NCBI GenBank assembly: GCA_937944855.1
Contig: CALFAY010000008.1
Coordinates: forward strand, 4,653-68,652
Reading direction: 5' to 3'
Origin: an uncultured Planctomycetota bacterium
Lineage (GTDB): Bacteria; Planctomycetota; Planctomycetia; Gemmatales; HRBIN36
Length of the DNA: 64,000 bases
This document shows, in pieces, positions 1 to 8,719 of this stretch. The first letter of the stretch is position 1. Each line of letters begins with the position of its first letter. Made by a program: the position numbers and the translations under genes. The notes under the pieces were generated by a model. That model was not told the origin of the DNA. It saw only the letters and a list, made by a program, of their open reading frames with translations, and did not search any database.

Positions 1-1449
1 CCGCGTCACGCGGAAACCGCCTTCGACATCCTCTGCGATGAAGCCGGCGAAGAGCAGTCCCGACCCTGCTCCGCCCGCCTGGGCTGGCCGTGTGCCAAGC
101 ACGACTTCAACGGTCTTCTTTTCATCTCCGCGCTTGAAGGCGACTTCGACCTTGTCCCCGGCCATGAAATCATCAAGAATCTTCCCGATGTCGGCGAACT
201 CCTTGACTGCTTTGCCGCCAATGGAGAGGACCACGTCCTCGGCTTTGAGGCCGGCCTTGGCCGCTGGTCCGTTTTCGACCACGCTTGTCAGAGCCACACC
301 GTCCTTGGCCGTGTTGCCCTGCACGCCGAGGTAGGCCGCCGTCGTCATGCCCACTTTTTCCGTGTCGATAATGGCGAAGACGACGTTGGGATCCTTGCGA
401 TACCAGTCGAGACCGATCCGGCCCATGTTGCAGGTCGGCAGCCCCTGCGTCAGCTTCCGCCACGTCTTTCCTCCATCGGTGGTCTTGTACAGTCCCGTGC
501 CCGGAGCGTGCGTCTTGATCGGTCCGTACTGATCGCCCTCGACGTTGCCGAAGAAGCCGTCGTACTCGTCACGCTGCCGTTCCCAGGTCGCCACGATGAG
601 CGTCTCTGGATCCGTGGGGTGCATGCGCATGTCGATCACGCCGGTCTTGTCGTCGATGTACAGGATCTTCTCCCACGTGTTCCCGCCGTCGATGGTCTTG
701 AACAAACCACGTTCTTCGTTCGGCCCGTACAACCGACCCAAAGCCCCTACGTACACGATGTTCGGGTCGGTGGGATGGATAAGAATTTTTCCGATCTGGA
801 AGCTCTTCTTGAGGCCCAGGTTCTTCCAGGTCTTGCCGCCGTCGGTGGACTTGTACACGCCGTCGCCGTATGAGACGGAATTGCGGGGGTTGTTCTCGCC
901 AGTACCAACCCAGACGATGTTCGGGTCAGAAGGAGCGACGGCGACATCGCCGATGGAAACCGTCGCTTCCTTGTCGAACTGATGTTCGAAGGTGATGCCG
1001 TTGTTGGTGGTTTTGAGCAGTCCGCCGGACGCCGTGGCAACCCACCAGATACTCGGGTCGGCCTCGTACACGGCGATGGCGGTGATGCGGCCGCCCATCG
1101 CGGCTGGGCCGATGGCTCGCCAAGTCAGGCTCCTTACCCACTCCGCGGGCAAGCCGCCGTCGGATGATACGGGTTGCCGAGGTTCGACATCCGCAGGCTT
1201 GTCGGCCGCGGGCTTGTCGGTCTCCGGGGACTTGGCGGGTTCCGCCGACGCCTCCTCCCCCTTCTTCAGCGCCGCCACTTCCGCGCTGATCTCGGCCAGT
1301 TTCTTCTCGATCTCCTGAATCTTTTCCTGAACGGACTTCTGCTGAACTTGCCGGTCTTGAGACCAGACGGGTTCCAACGACAGACCGCCCAACAACGCCA
1401 GGGCGGCAAGCACGCCGCCCCATCCCGTAAGGTGCCGAAGCCGATGCAT
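1..1449 (-). CDS. Secreted BNR/Asp-box repeat (sortilin/VPS10-like) protein with PDZ-like domain; C-terminus lies beyond the left window edge
   Basis: Absent from the ORF track because it has no stop in the window. Hand translation of the reverse strand is open from ATG at 1449 to base 1 (483 codons). N-terminus is signal-like (MHRLRHLTGWGGVLAALALLGG), followed by a charged linker. Three Asp-box SxDxGxTW motifs: KSTDGGKTWKN, KTIDGGNTWEK, KTTDGGKTWRK. A PDZ-like stretch follows: GVALTSVVENGPAAKAGLKAEDVVLSIGGKAV. Confidence 0.8.
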   Translation of the reverse strand, partial: MHRLRHLTGWGGVLAALALLGGLSLEPVWSQDRQVQQKSVQEKIQEIEKKLAEISAEVAALKKGEEASAEPAKSPETDKPAADKPADVEPRQPVSSDGGLPAEWVRSLTWRAIGPAAMGGRITAIAVYEADPSIWWVATASGGLLKTTNNGITFEHQFDKEATVSIGDVAVAPSDPNIVWVGTGENNPRNSVSYGDGVYKSTDGGKTWKNLGLKKSFQIGKILIHPTDPNIVYVGALGRLYGPNEERGLFKTIDGGNTWEKILYIDDKTGVIDMRMHPTDPETLIVATWERQRDEYDGFFGNVEGDQYGPIKTHAPGTGLYKTTDGGKTWRKLTQGLPTCNMGRIGLDWYRKDPNVVFAIIDTEKVGMTTAAYLGVQGNTAKDGVALTSVVENGPAAKAGLKAEDVVLSIGGKAVKEFADIGKILDDFMAGDKVEVAFKRGDEKKTVEVVLGTRPAQAGGAGSGLLFAGFIAEDVEGGFRVTR

Positions 1450-1674
1450 AGCTCTCTCCCGTTGTCCAATGCTCCAGCAAAGTTCCCGTGAACAACCCCT
1501 ACCGTCTTCCTGACCAACGCCTCCTGCATCGTAGGTACACCTGGTGCAAAAACAGTCAGTCGTTTCCAGGGCTTCCTGAGGATGGTACTTTAACACCGAG
1601 GCTAGCCAGAGGTAATGGCAAAAGACCGACGAGTTTGACAACCTTTCCACAGGCCGGGCGTAAAGGCGGCACGC

Positions 1675-3000
1675 ATGCAGTTTCCGCGACTTCACCTCGT
1701 CGAGCAGGTCTGCGATCAGCCGAGGCTGGACGACCCGGCGGCAGAGGTGCGTCGGCAGATTCTTGGCTCGCGCCTCGGAGAACGTGTCAAGCCGGGGGGA
1801 CGGGTGGCTGTTGCCGTGGGCAGCCGGGGCATTGCCAACCTCGCCGTCATGGTCCGCTCGGCGATCCAGGTATTGCGAGAAATGGCCTACAAGCCCTTCG
1901 TCGTCGCTGCGATGGGCAGCCACGGCGGGGCTACTCCCGAGGGCCAACGCGACCTTCTGGCCAGTTACGGAATCACGCCCGAATTCATCCAGGCGGATGT
2001 TTCCACGGCGATGGATCGTGTCTGTCTGGGCCATAATTCGTGGGATGAGCCGGTGTACTGGGACCGCGCCGCTTACCAGGCGGATGGCGTCATCACCCTG
2101 TCCCGGATCAAGCCGCACACTGACTTCCGCGGCCGATATGAAAGCGGCATCGTCAAGATGCTCGTTATCGGCCTCGGCAAGCGAGAAGGAGCAGCCACGC
2201 ACCATCAGTACGGCGTCCGAGGTCTGCGGGACATGATTCCCGAATCGGTGAAAGTGGTGCTCCAAAACACCCGTTTCGCGCTCGGCCTCGCCGTGCTGGA
2301 AAACGCTTTGGAACAGACGGCTCGCATTGTGGCCGTCGAACCCGAAGACCTGCTCAATAGCGAACCGAAGCTGTTGGAACAGGCCCGCCAGATGATGGGC
2401 AGATTACCGGTGCGGGAGTTGGACCTGCTCATCGTCGGCGAACTGGGCAAGAACTACAGCGGTACAGGCATGGATGTCAACGTGCTGGGTCGGCAGATGA
2501 TCGAGGGCGTTCCCGATACCCTCGATCCCCGCATTACCCGCATTTGCGTCCTTGATCTTTCGGAAGAAAGTCATGGCAACGCCGTCGGCTTGGGGCTTGC
2601 AGATCTTACCACCAGGAAGATTCTGGCCAAGATGGACCCGGACATAACGAATCTGAACTATTTCACTTCCTGCTTCCTGATGCGGGCCAAGATTCCCCCG
2701 GCCTTCGACACGGATCGCGAATGCATCGAAATGGGGCTGCGGACCTGCTGGCAACCGCGATCGGAACGGGTCCGCATGGCCATTATTCCGAACACTCTCG
2801 AACTGAAATACCTGTGGGTCAGTGAACCAGTCGCCCAAGAGTGTCAGGGACGAACCCACGTTCGACTCCACGATGTCGAGACACCCTTGGTATTCGATGA
2901 GCGTGGAGACCTTCATCAAGAAGCGTTGTTTCCCGAATCGCTGCGAGCTCGGCGTCGGCAAGCATATCACCACCAACACGAACTTCGATCAAAGGAGTAA
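1675..3000 (+). CDS. LarA-like / DUF2088-type (lactate racemase N-terminal domain family) protein, paralog 1; the family name is tentative
   Basis: 441-aa ORF with an ATG start. It has a clear paralog at 13467..14738; shared blocks include [58 protein letters not shown] and FDTDRE. Its TAA stop (2998-3000) lies 3 nt before the next ATG, with AAAGGAG just upstream of that ATG, so the two genes look like an operon. Confidence 0.75.
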   Translation: MQFPRLHLVEQVCDQPRLDDPAAEVRRQILGSRLGERVKPGGRVAVAVGSRGIANLAVMVRSAIQVLREMAYKPFVVAAMGSHGGATPEGQRDLLASYGITPEFIQADVSTAMDRVCLGHNSWDEPVYWDRAAYQADGVITLSRIKPHTDFRGRYESGIVKMLVIGLGKREGAATHHQYGVRGLRDMIPESVKVVLQNTRFALGLAVLENALEQTARIVAVEPEDLLNSEPKLLEQARQMMGRLPVRELDLLIVGELGKNYSGTGMDVNVLGRQMIEGVPDTLDPRITRICVLDLSEESHGNAVGLGLADLTTRKILAKMDPDITNLNYFTSCFLMRAKIPPAFDTDRECIEMGLRTCWQPRSERVRMAIIPNTLELKYLWVSEPVAQECQGRTHVRLHDVETPLVFDERGDLHQEALFPESLRARRRQAYHHQHELRSKE

Positions 3001-3003
3001 ACC

Positions 3004-4365
3004 ATGCGAGATCTACTGGCTTTGGTCGTGTTTACCGCATGGATTTCCGCAGCGCCAGGTACCGACGACTTGTCTCCGGGGGCCGTCCCGGAAGGCTGGA
3101 AGACGCGCTCGCCGCGGGAGGAGATCCGACCGGAGTTTGGTTATCTGCCCAGCGGCGGCCCGGACCATCGCGGGGCGTTGATAATCCGTCATGACGACCG
3201 GGAAGGACTGCACGGCTGGTGGGAAAAGGCATTTCCCGTCCAAGGAGGCCGCCATTATCGGTTTTACGCTGTGCGGAAGGTCCAAAACGTCGCTCTGCCT
3301 CGCCGCAGCGCCTCGGTCCGAATCCGCTGGGAAGACGACCAGGGCCGCCCAGTGCCGATGAGTGAGGACCCTGTGCCCGGTTATCTTCATGGCTGGCGGG
3401 GCATCGCCGAGGCCGAGCATCCCACCGACCAGGGGACCGACGCCCACGGCTGGACGGAGGTTTCGGGCGTCTATCAAGCCCCGGAGAAGGCAACCCGAGC
3501 GGTCGTGGAGTTGCATCTTCTTTGGGCGCCCAACGGTGCCATTGAATGGGCCAAGGTCAGCTTTGCTGAAACCGAAGCGCCGAAGCCGCGGAAGGTGCGT
3601 CTTGCTGCTGTGCATTACAAGCCCAGCGGAAAGTCCCCGGAATCCAACTGCCGCGAGTTTGCCCCGCTTATTGCCGAAGCTGCACGGCAAGGGGCCGATC
3701 TGGTAGTCCTTGGAGAGACGATCACCCACGTCGGCACGGCCAAGAACGGCCAGAGCCTCGCTGAGTGTGCCGAGCCGATCCCCGGTCCTTCGACTCGCAT
3801 CTTCGGCGAGATGGCTAAACAGCACAACTTGTACATTGTCGCTGGCCTGCTCGAACGGGATCGGCATCTGGTTTACAACGTCGCCGTGCTTATCAGTCCC
3901 GATGGCGAAGTGGTCGGCAAATACCGGAAAGTGACCTTGCCCCGCAACGAGATCGAACGGGGCTGCACTCCCGGCCATGAATATCCGGTCTTCGACACAC
4001 GCTTCGGCAAAGTCGGAATGATGGTCTGCTACGATGGCTTTTTCCCTGAAGTGGCCCGGCAGCTGACCAATCGCGGGGCGGAGGTGATTGCCTGGCCGGT
4101 CTGGGGCTGCAATCCGCAACTGGCTTCGGCTCGTGCTTGTGAGAACCACGTCTACATCGTCAGCAGCACTTATGAAGACATCTCGCGCAACTGGATGCTG
4201 ACGGCGGTGTACGGCCATGACGGACGGCCGATCGTGCATGCTGAGAAGTTCGGTACCGTAGTCGTGGCAGAAGTGGATCTGAAGAAGCGGTATCGCTGGA
4301 ACAGCCTGGGAGACTTCAAGAGCGAGCTGCCCCGGCACCGGCCTCCGGTTCCCGCCGAGCCGTGA
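3004..4365 (+). CDS. Carbon-nitrogen hydrolase (nitrilase superfamily) with a signal peptide and a roughly 200-aa N-terminal extra domain
   Basis: 453 aa. The C-terminal ~250 aa carry the E-K-C triad context of C-N hydrolases: DLVVLGET, KYRKVTLP, MMVCYDGFFPE. The N-terminus MRDLLALVVFTAWISAAPG is signal-like. The following beta-rich ~190 aa have no motif I recognise. Confidence 0.85.
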   Translation: MRDLLALVVFTAWISAAPGTDDLSPGAVPEGWKTRSPREEIRPEFGYLPSGGPDHRGALIIRHDDREGLHGWWEKAFPVQGGRHYRFYAVRKVQNVALPRRSASVRIRWEDDQGRPVPMSEDPVPGYLHGWRGIAEAEHPTDQGTDAHGWTEVSGVYQAPEKATRAVVELHLLWAPNGAIEWAKVSFAETEAPKPRKVRLAAVHYKPSGKSPESNCREFAPLIAEAARQGADLVVLGETITHVGTAKNGQSLAECAEPIPGPSTRIFGEMAKQHNLYIVAGLLERDRHLVYNVAVLISPDGEVVGKYRKVTLPRNEIERGCTPGHEYPVFDTRFGKVGMMVCYDGFFPEVARQLTNRGAEVIAWPVWGCNPQLASARACENHVYIVSSTYEDISRNWMLTAVYGHDGRPIVHAEKFGTVVVAEVDLKKRYRWNSLGDFKSELPRHRPPVPAEP

Positions 4366-4369
4366 CGGT

Positions 4370-4897
4370 TCAGGGCTGCGACGTCAATTTAGCCTCGATC
4401 TGAATCCGGTGGTTCTCTCCAACTCGCAAGTAGCGGATAGGATAGCCAAGCTCCGGATCGAATTCGACTTGGGTGTAAAACGGTCGCCGATCGGGTCGGT
4501 TCAATTCCTCGAGGTCGGTTTGCAGGACCACTTCGAACAGGCCCGGCACGGTCCACGGATAAGCCTGATCCAATCTGTCGAAGGGGCGGCCGTCGCAGGA
4601 AGCTGCGGTGATTTTTCCTCTGCGGACCTGCACGAGGTAATGTCCCTGCGTGCTTCCGTTGACCGTGACTTCGAGGTCGTAATCGCTCGGTCCCTTGGCG
4701 TGCCAGGTCTGGCGGGCCTGAGCCAGCCGCTCTCCGGTCAGGGCCAATCGGCTGTTCCACCAATTCAGTACGACGAGGCATCCGACCAGCCCCATCACGG
4801 CCCCGAACAAGGCCCACAACCACAGGTTCGGACGGCGTATCGCCGGGTCGGCGGGATAGGTCTTGTCCGTAGCCACCGTGTTCGTCCTTCGCTTCAC
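4370..4897 (-). CDS. Membrane-anchored hypothetical protein
   Basis: 175 aa with one N-terminal TM (LWLWALFGAVMGLVGCLVVL). Its start overlaps the glgC stop by 4 nt, so it is probably co-transcribed with glgC. The composition looks coding. Confidence 0.7.
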   Translation of the reverse strand: MKRRTNTVATDKTYPADPAIRRPNLWLWALFGAVMGLVGCLVVLNWWNSRLALTGERLAQARQTWHAKGPSDYDLEVTVNGSTQGHYLVQVRRGKITAASCDGRPFDRLDQAYPWTVPGLFEVVLQTDLEELNRPDRRPFYTQVEFDPELGYPIRYLRVGENHRIQIEAKLTSQP

Positions 4898-6144
4898 CTG
4901 CGGAACGTGTCCGCCGATTCATCCTTGGGAATGACGACCACACCTTGCTCGGTCGTTACCCACCCTCTGGCCCGGTCGTGGTCGAGGTCATAACCGATCA
5001 CTGATCCGGGGGGCACCTTTACTCCCTTATCAATGATAGTGTTGCGGATGCGGCAATTACGGCCGATATCCACTCCGTCGAGCAGGATCGAGTTTTCGAC
5101 CAGGGCGTAGCTGTTGATTCGCACATCGGGCGAGAGGATGCTCTTTCGGACGTGGCCGCCGCTGATGATGCACCCCTGGCACACTGCGCTGTCAATTGCT
5201 TCTCCGCGCCGAAACTGCGGACCCAGCCCTTCTTCACTGAAGACGAATTTGGGCGGAGGAAGCTGCGGCTGAAACGTGCGGATGGGCCACTCGCGGTCGT
5301 AGAGATTGAGCACTGGATCGACTTCAACTAGGTCCATGTTGGCCTGATAGTAGGCATCCAGGGTTCCGACGTCTCGCCAATACGGCACCGCCTTGCGGTT
5401 CTTGTCCCGGAAACGGAAACCATAGACCCGATGCGTCTCGATGATCCGAGGGATGATGTTCTTGCCAAAGTCGTGCTCGCTGTCCTGCCGCCCAGCGTCC
5501 TGTAGGAGAAGTTCGTACAGGACTTTGGCGGTAAAGACGTAGATCCCCATGGACGCCAGACAATGTTTGGGATCGTCCGGCATGGGAGTGGCTTGAGGCG
5601 GCTTTTCCTTGAACCCGACAACCCGCTCCTCCCGATCCAGTTCCATAATCCCGAAGTGGATGCTGTCCTTGAGCGGCACCGGGATGCAGCCGATGGTCAG
5701 GTCCGCGCCCCGCTCAATGTGGGCCTGGATCATGTCGCCGTAGTCCATCTTGTAGATGTGATCCCCGGCCAGGATCAGCACATACTTCGGGTCCTCTTTC
5801 TCGATGCTGTAGATGTTCTGGTAGATGGCGTCGGCGGTGCCTTGATACCAGTGTTCGTCGATTCGTTGCTGCGGCGGAAGGACCTCGATGAATTCGCCCA
5901 GTTCTCGGCTGAGAAAGCCCCAAGCTCGGCTCAGATGCCGGTCCAGCGATCGGGCCTTGTATTGCGTCAGGACGAAGATCTGCCGCAGGCCGCTGTTGAT
6001 GCAGTTGGACAGGGGGAAGTCAATGATTCGGTACACGCCGCCGAAGGGCACAGCCGGTTTGGCCCGATCTCGCGTCAGCGGTTCCAACCGGGTTCCCTTC
6101 CCACCAGCTAATACCACAGTCAGAACTTGCCTGAACTTCGCCAA
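4894..6144 (-). CDS. glgC: Glucose-1-phosphate adenylyltransferase
   Basis: 416 aa. The N-terminus VVLAGGKGTRLEPLTRDRAKPAVPFGGVYRIIDFPLSNCINSG is the GlgC signature, and a left-handed beta-helix lies at the C-terminus. The start codon is TTG at 6144, preceded by GGAGGA about 7 nt upstream. Confidence 0.93.
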   Translation of the reverse strand: MAKFRQVLTVVLAGGKGTRLEPLTRDRAKPAVPFGGVYRIIDFPLSNCINSGLRQIFVLTQYKARSLDRHLSRAWGFLSRELGEFIEVLPPQQRIDEHWYQGTADAIYQNIYSIEKEDPKYVLILAGDHIYKMDYGDMIQAHIERGADLTIGCIPVPLKDSIHFGIMELDREERVVGFKEKPPQATPMPDDPKHCLASMGIYVFTAKVLYELLLQDAGRQDSEHDFGKNIIPRIIETHRVYGFRFRDKNRKAVPYWRDVGTLDAYYQANMDLVEVDPVLNLYDREWPIRTFQPQLPPPKFVFSEEGLGPQFRRGEAIDSAVCQGCIISGGHVRKSILSPDVRINSYALVENSILLDGVDIGRNCRIRNTIIDKGVKVPPGSVIGYDLDHDRARGWVTTEQGVVVIPKDESADTFRR

Positions 6145-6177
6145 GGGCGCTCCTCCCCCCAGCCCAGTCGAAGGTCG

Positions 6178-7953
6178 TCAAAACTCCATTCGGCGAAAGG
6201 CCCGCAGGCCGATTCGCAAGGGCATGATAACCGCCGCCACGCCCACCGCGATCAAGGCTGAGACGCTGGAAGCCAGCAGCCACCGAACCCGAGTCAAGGC
6301 AGTCACGTCCTGGTCCGACAAGGCCCGATCGGCAAAATACAACAGCGTCGGAATGCCCGCCAGCACGATCACCGCCAGGGCAAACACCAGGCTGACCAGC
6401 AAGTTGATCGTCCCTCCGAAGCCTGTAGCGATCTTGGATGGGTTGGTTTCCCTGAGATTGACCAAGTAGGTTCCCAGACCGACGCTGATCGCTGACAGCC
6501 CCAGGGACAGAATCAAGACCGCCAACAAATGCACGGCCACGATCGGCCACGCCAGGCGGAGCATGAGTTCGCTGATCGTCGCCAAACCCAGTCCGATTGT
6601 CACCGTGACCGCGGCGGCGTAAGCGAATTTGCTCAACAGCAACCGCTCCCGACTGATGGGCAGCAAGCCCAGAATCCAGAAGTTCCTTCCCTCCAGGCTC
6701 ATGAGCGGAAAGACGAATCGGCTCGTGTAGGTCGCCATCATCAACCCGATCACGGCCACGTTCATCAAGCCGATCAGGGTCCGTTCGTAGTCGGCGTACT
6801 GGCCGTGGGGAAGCCAACGGATGTTGATGAAATACAGAAACAAAATGCCGCCCAAGATCAACACCTGGGCCATCTGGGCGGAGTCCCGACGAAAAGTCCG
6901 CAGATCTTTGAGGATGAACAGGCGTGTGGGTGAATCAGTCCAGAACAGCAGCAACGCAGCGAGTCGGTCGAAGCCGGTCGCCAGGGCCATCAGAAGCCGA
7001 TCCGTGACCGACGCGCTTCGTGAGCCGGCCGTACTGTTGACGCCATTGTAGGCACGCCGGTAAATCCGTACTGATGTCCAGGCAGCGAGCAGATAGGCGA
7101 ACAGACCATTGCTCCAGACCAGGGCCAGGTAAAACAGGGCATCGTCGAAGCGGCTGTGGGCTGCCGACATAAGCCCGACCGTCATCCACCGGCTGGGCAA
7201 CCCCCACCACTGGCTTGGCCGTAAATGATTGAGCAGCTTCCTCAGCCACGCTTCCGACAGCCCTTCCGATCGGGCATCGTAAAACAAGTACACGATCCAG
7301 ACGACAGCCAGCACCAGCACGGTCAGTACCATCAGCCCCAACACCAGGCGGCGATGTCGCGGGAACAGATCAACAATGAGCAGGCAGCCCAGGGCCCCGA
7401 CCGCGGCTGGTAGGATGAGGAAGCCGACAAGAAACGGCAGGAACAAAACATAGTACGGCCAGTCGGCCCGCATCTCGATGCCGTAAGCGATGAGAAGCGG
7501 CGAACCCAGCAATAGGAATGCCCAGCCGCTGAAGAAGACCGCCTCCCGAAACTTGTAGCCGAAGATCTGGTCGGCCCGCGCCGGCGTGCTCAGCAAGAAG
7601 CGCGTCTCCGGAGCACGGAACAAGCTTTCGTGCAAGAAGATGCCGACCGAGAAGATGAGCAGCCCCGTCAGCACCAGGAAGAACATGCCGAAGAGCAGCT
7701 CGATAATGTAGAAGCTGATCGGTACCGTGGTTTCAAGGTTGCGGAGGAACACGAAGCCTTCGCGAAACAGCCCGTACAGCCCGCCCCAGATCAGCAGGCT
7801 GAGCACGACTATCAGCCCGACCCGCAAGCGCGATTTGCGAAACGCCTGCCGCGTGCCGTTTTTCAGCAGGGTCTTTTGCAGGCGGCGGAAAAGAGCCATT
7901 TGCCGCGAACCATCGGGAGAGCAGCGCTGAAGAGGCCAGGCCAGCTCGTTCAC
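6178..7953 (-). CDS. Large polytopic ABC exporter permease (putative ABC-exporter family)
   Basis: 591 aa with many hydrophobic helices. Its GTG start overlaps the TGA stop of the upstream ATPase gene (GTGA). An alternative start is MALFRRLQK, 18 codons downstream. Confidence 0.8.
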   Translation of the reverse strand: MNELAWPLQRCSPDGSRQMALFRRLQKTLLKNGTRQAFRKSRLRVGLIVVLSLLIWGGLYGLFREGFVFLRNLETTVPISFYIIELLFGMFFLVLTGLLIFSVGIFLHESLFRAPETRFLLSTPARADQIFGYKFREAVFFSGWAFLLLGSPLLIAYGIEMRADWPYYVLFLPFLVGFLILPAAVGALGCLLIVDLFPRHRRLVLGLMVLTVLVLAVVWIVYLFYDARSEGLSEAWLRKLLNHLRPSQWWGLPSRWMTVGLMSAAHSRFDDALFYLALVWSNGLFAYLLAAWTSVRIYRRAYNGVNSTAGSRSASVTDRLLMALATGFDRLAALLLFWTDSPTRLFILKDLRTFRRDSAQMAQVLILGGILFLYFINIRWLPHGQYADYERTLIGLMNVAVIGLMMATYTSRFVFPLMSLEGRNFWILGLLPISRERLLLSKFAYAAAVTVTIGLGLATISELMLRLAWPIVAVHLLAVLILSLGLSAISVGLGTYLVNLRETNPSKIATGFGGTINLLVSLVFALAVIVLAGIPTLLYFADRALSDQDVTALTRVRWLLASSVSALIAVGVAAVIMPLRIGLRAFRRMEF

Positions 7954-8705
7954 GGTGCCCCCTTTGCTGTCAATTCGGCGGGTTCCTCTTCAGCCGTGAG
8001 CCGCAGGAAGACATCCTCCAGGGAGCCGTCATGGGCCGCTTGCTTGCGGAGCGTGTCCAGCGTGCCGCAGCCGATCAAGCGCCCGCGATGCACGATGCCG
8101 ATCCGCGTTGCCAACTCCTCCACGTCCCCGAGCAAGTGCGTGGACATGAACACCGTTCCGCCTCGGGCCACTTCCTGACGCATCAGGTTTTTCACCAGAC
8201 GTTGGCTCTTCGGGTCAAGCCCCACCATCGGTTCATCGACGATCAGGACTTCCGGCTGATGCAACAAGGCCGCTGCAAAGACCGTCCGCTGCTTCATGCC
8301 GTGCGAGTAGCTCTCCGTGAGGTCGTCCACGAATGAATCGAGTTCGAAGACGTCGATCAGTTCGTCAATTCTTTTGCGGCCCTGGACCGGATCCATGCCG
8401 TACATCTCCCGGATGAATTCGAGGAACTCCCGGCCGGTGAGTTTCTCGTACAGGAACGGCTGATCGGGAACGTAACTGATGATCTGGCGGGCCAGATCGC
8501 CCTGCTTTTGCACGTCGTAGCCGCCGATGCGGATCGTGCCCCGACTGGGAAACAGCAATCCGCACAGCATTTTGATCGTCGTCGTCTTGCCGGCTCCGTT
8601 CGGACCGAGAAATGCAAACAGTTCGCCTCGGGAAATGGTCAGCGTCAGTCCGTCCACAGCCAGTTTGTCGCCGTAGAGCTTGCTGACGTCAAGCAGTTCA
8701 ATCAT
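7950..8705 (-). CDS. ABC transporter ATP-binding protein
   Basis: Walker [11 protein letters not shown], signature SHGMKQR, Walker B LIVDEPMVGLD. I moved the start to ATG 8705 (MIELLDVSKLYG). The longer track ORF (to 8912) would overlap the upstream gene, and its extra N-terminus is low-complexity. Confidence 0.9.
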   Translation of the reverse strand: MIELLDVSKLYGDKLAVDGLTLTISRGELFAFLGPNGAGKTTTIKMLCGLLFPSRGTIRIGGYDVQKQGDLARQIISYVPDQPFLYEKLTGREFLEFIREMYGMDPVQGRKRIDELIDVFELDSFVDDLTESYSHGMKQRTVFAAALLHQPEVLIVDEPMVGLDPKSQRLVKNLMRQEVARGGTVFMSTHLLGDVEELATRIGIVHRGRLIGCGTLDTLRKQAAHDGSLEDVFLRLTAEEEPAELTAKGAP

Positions 8706-8719
8706 CGCGGACAACTCGA

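Noticed and set aside
3013-4338. 441-aa reverse-strand ORF spanning the whole carbon-nitrogen hydrolase gene
   Set aside because: It is antisense to a gene with a clear catalytic-triad context. Its translation is Arg/Gly/Pro/Ala-rich with no motif, the typical shadow ORF of GC-rich DNA.
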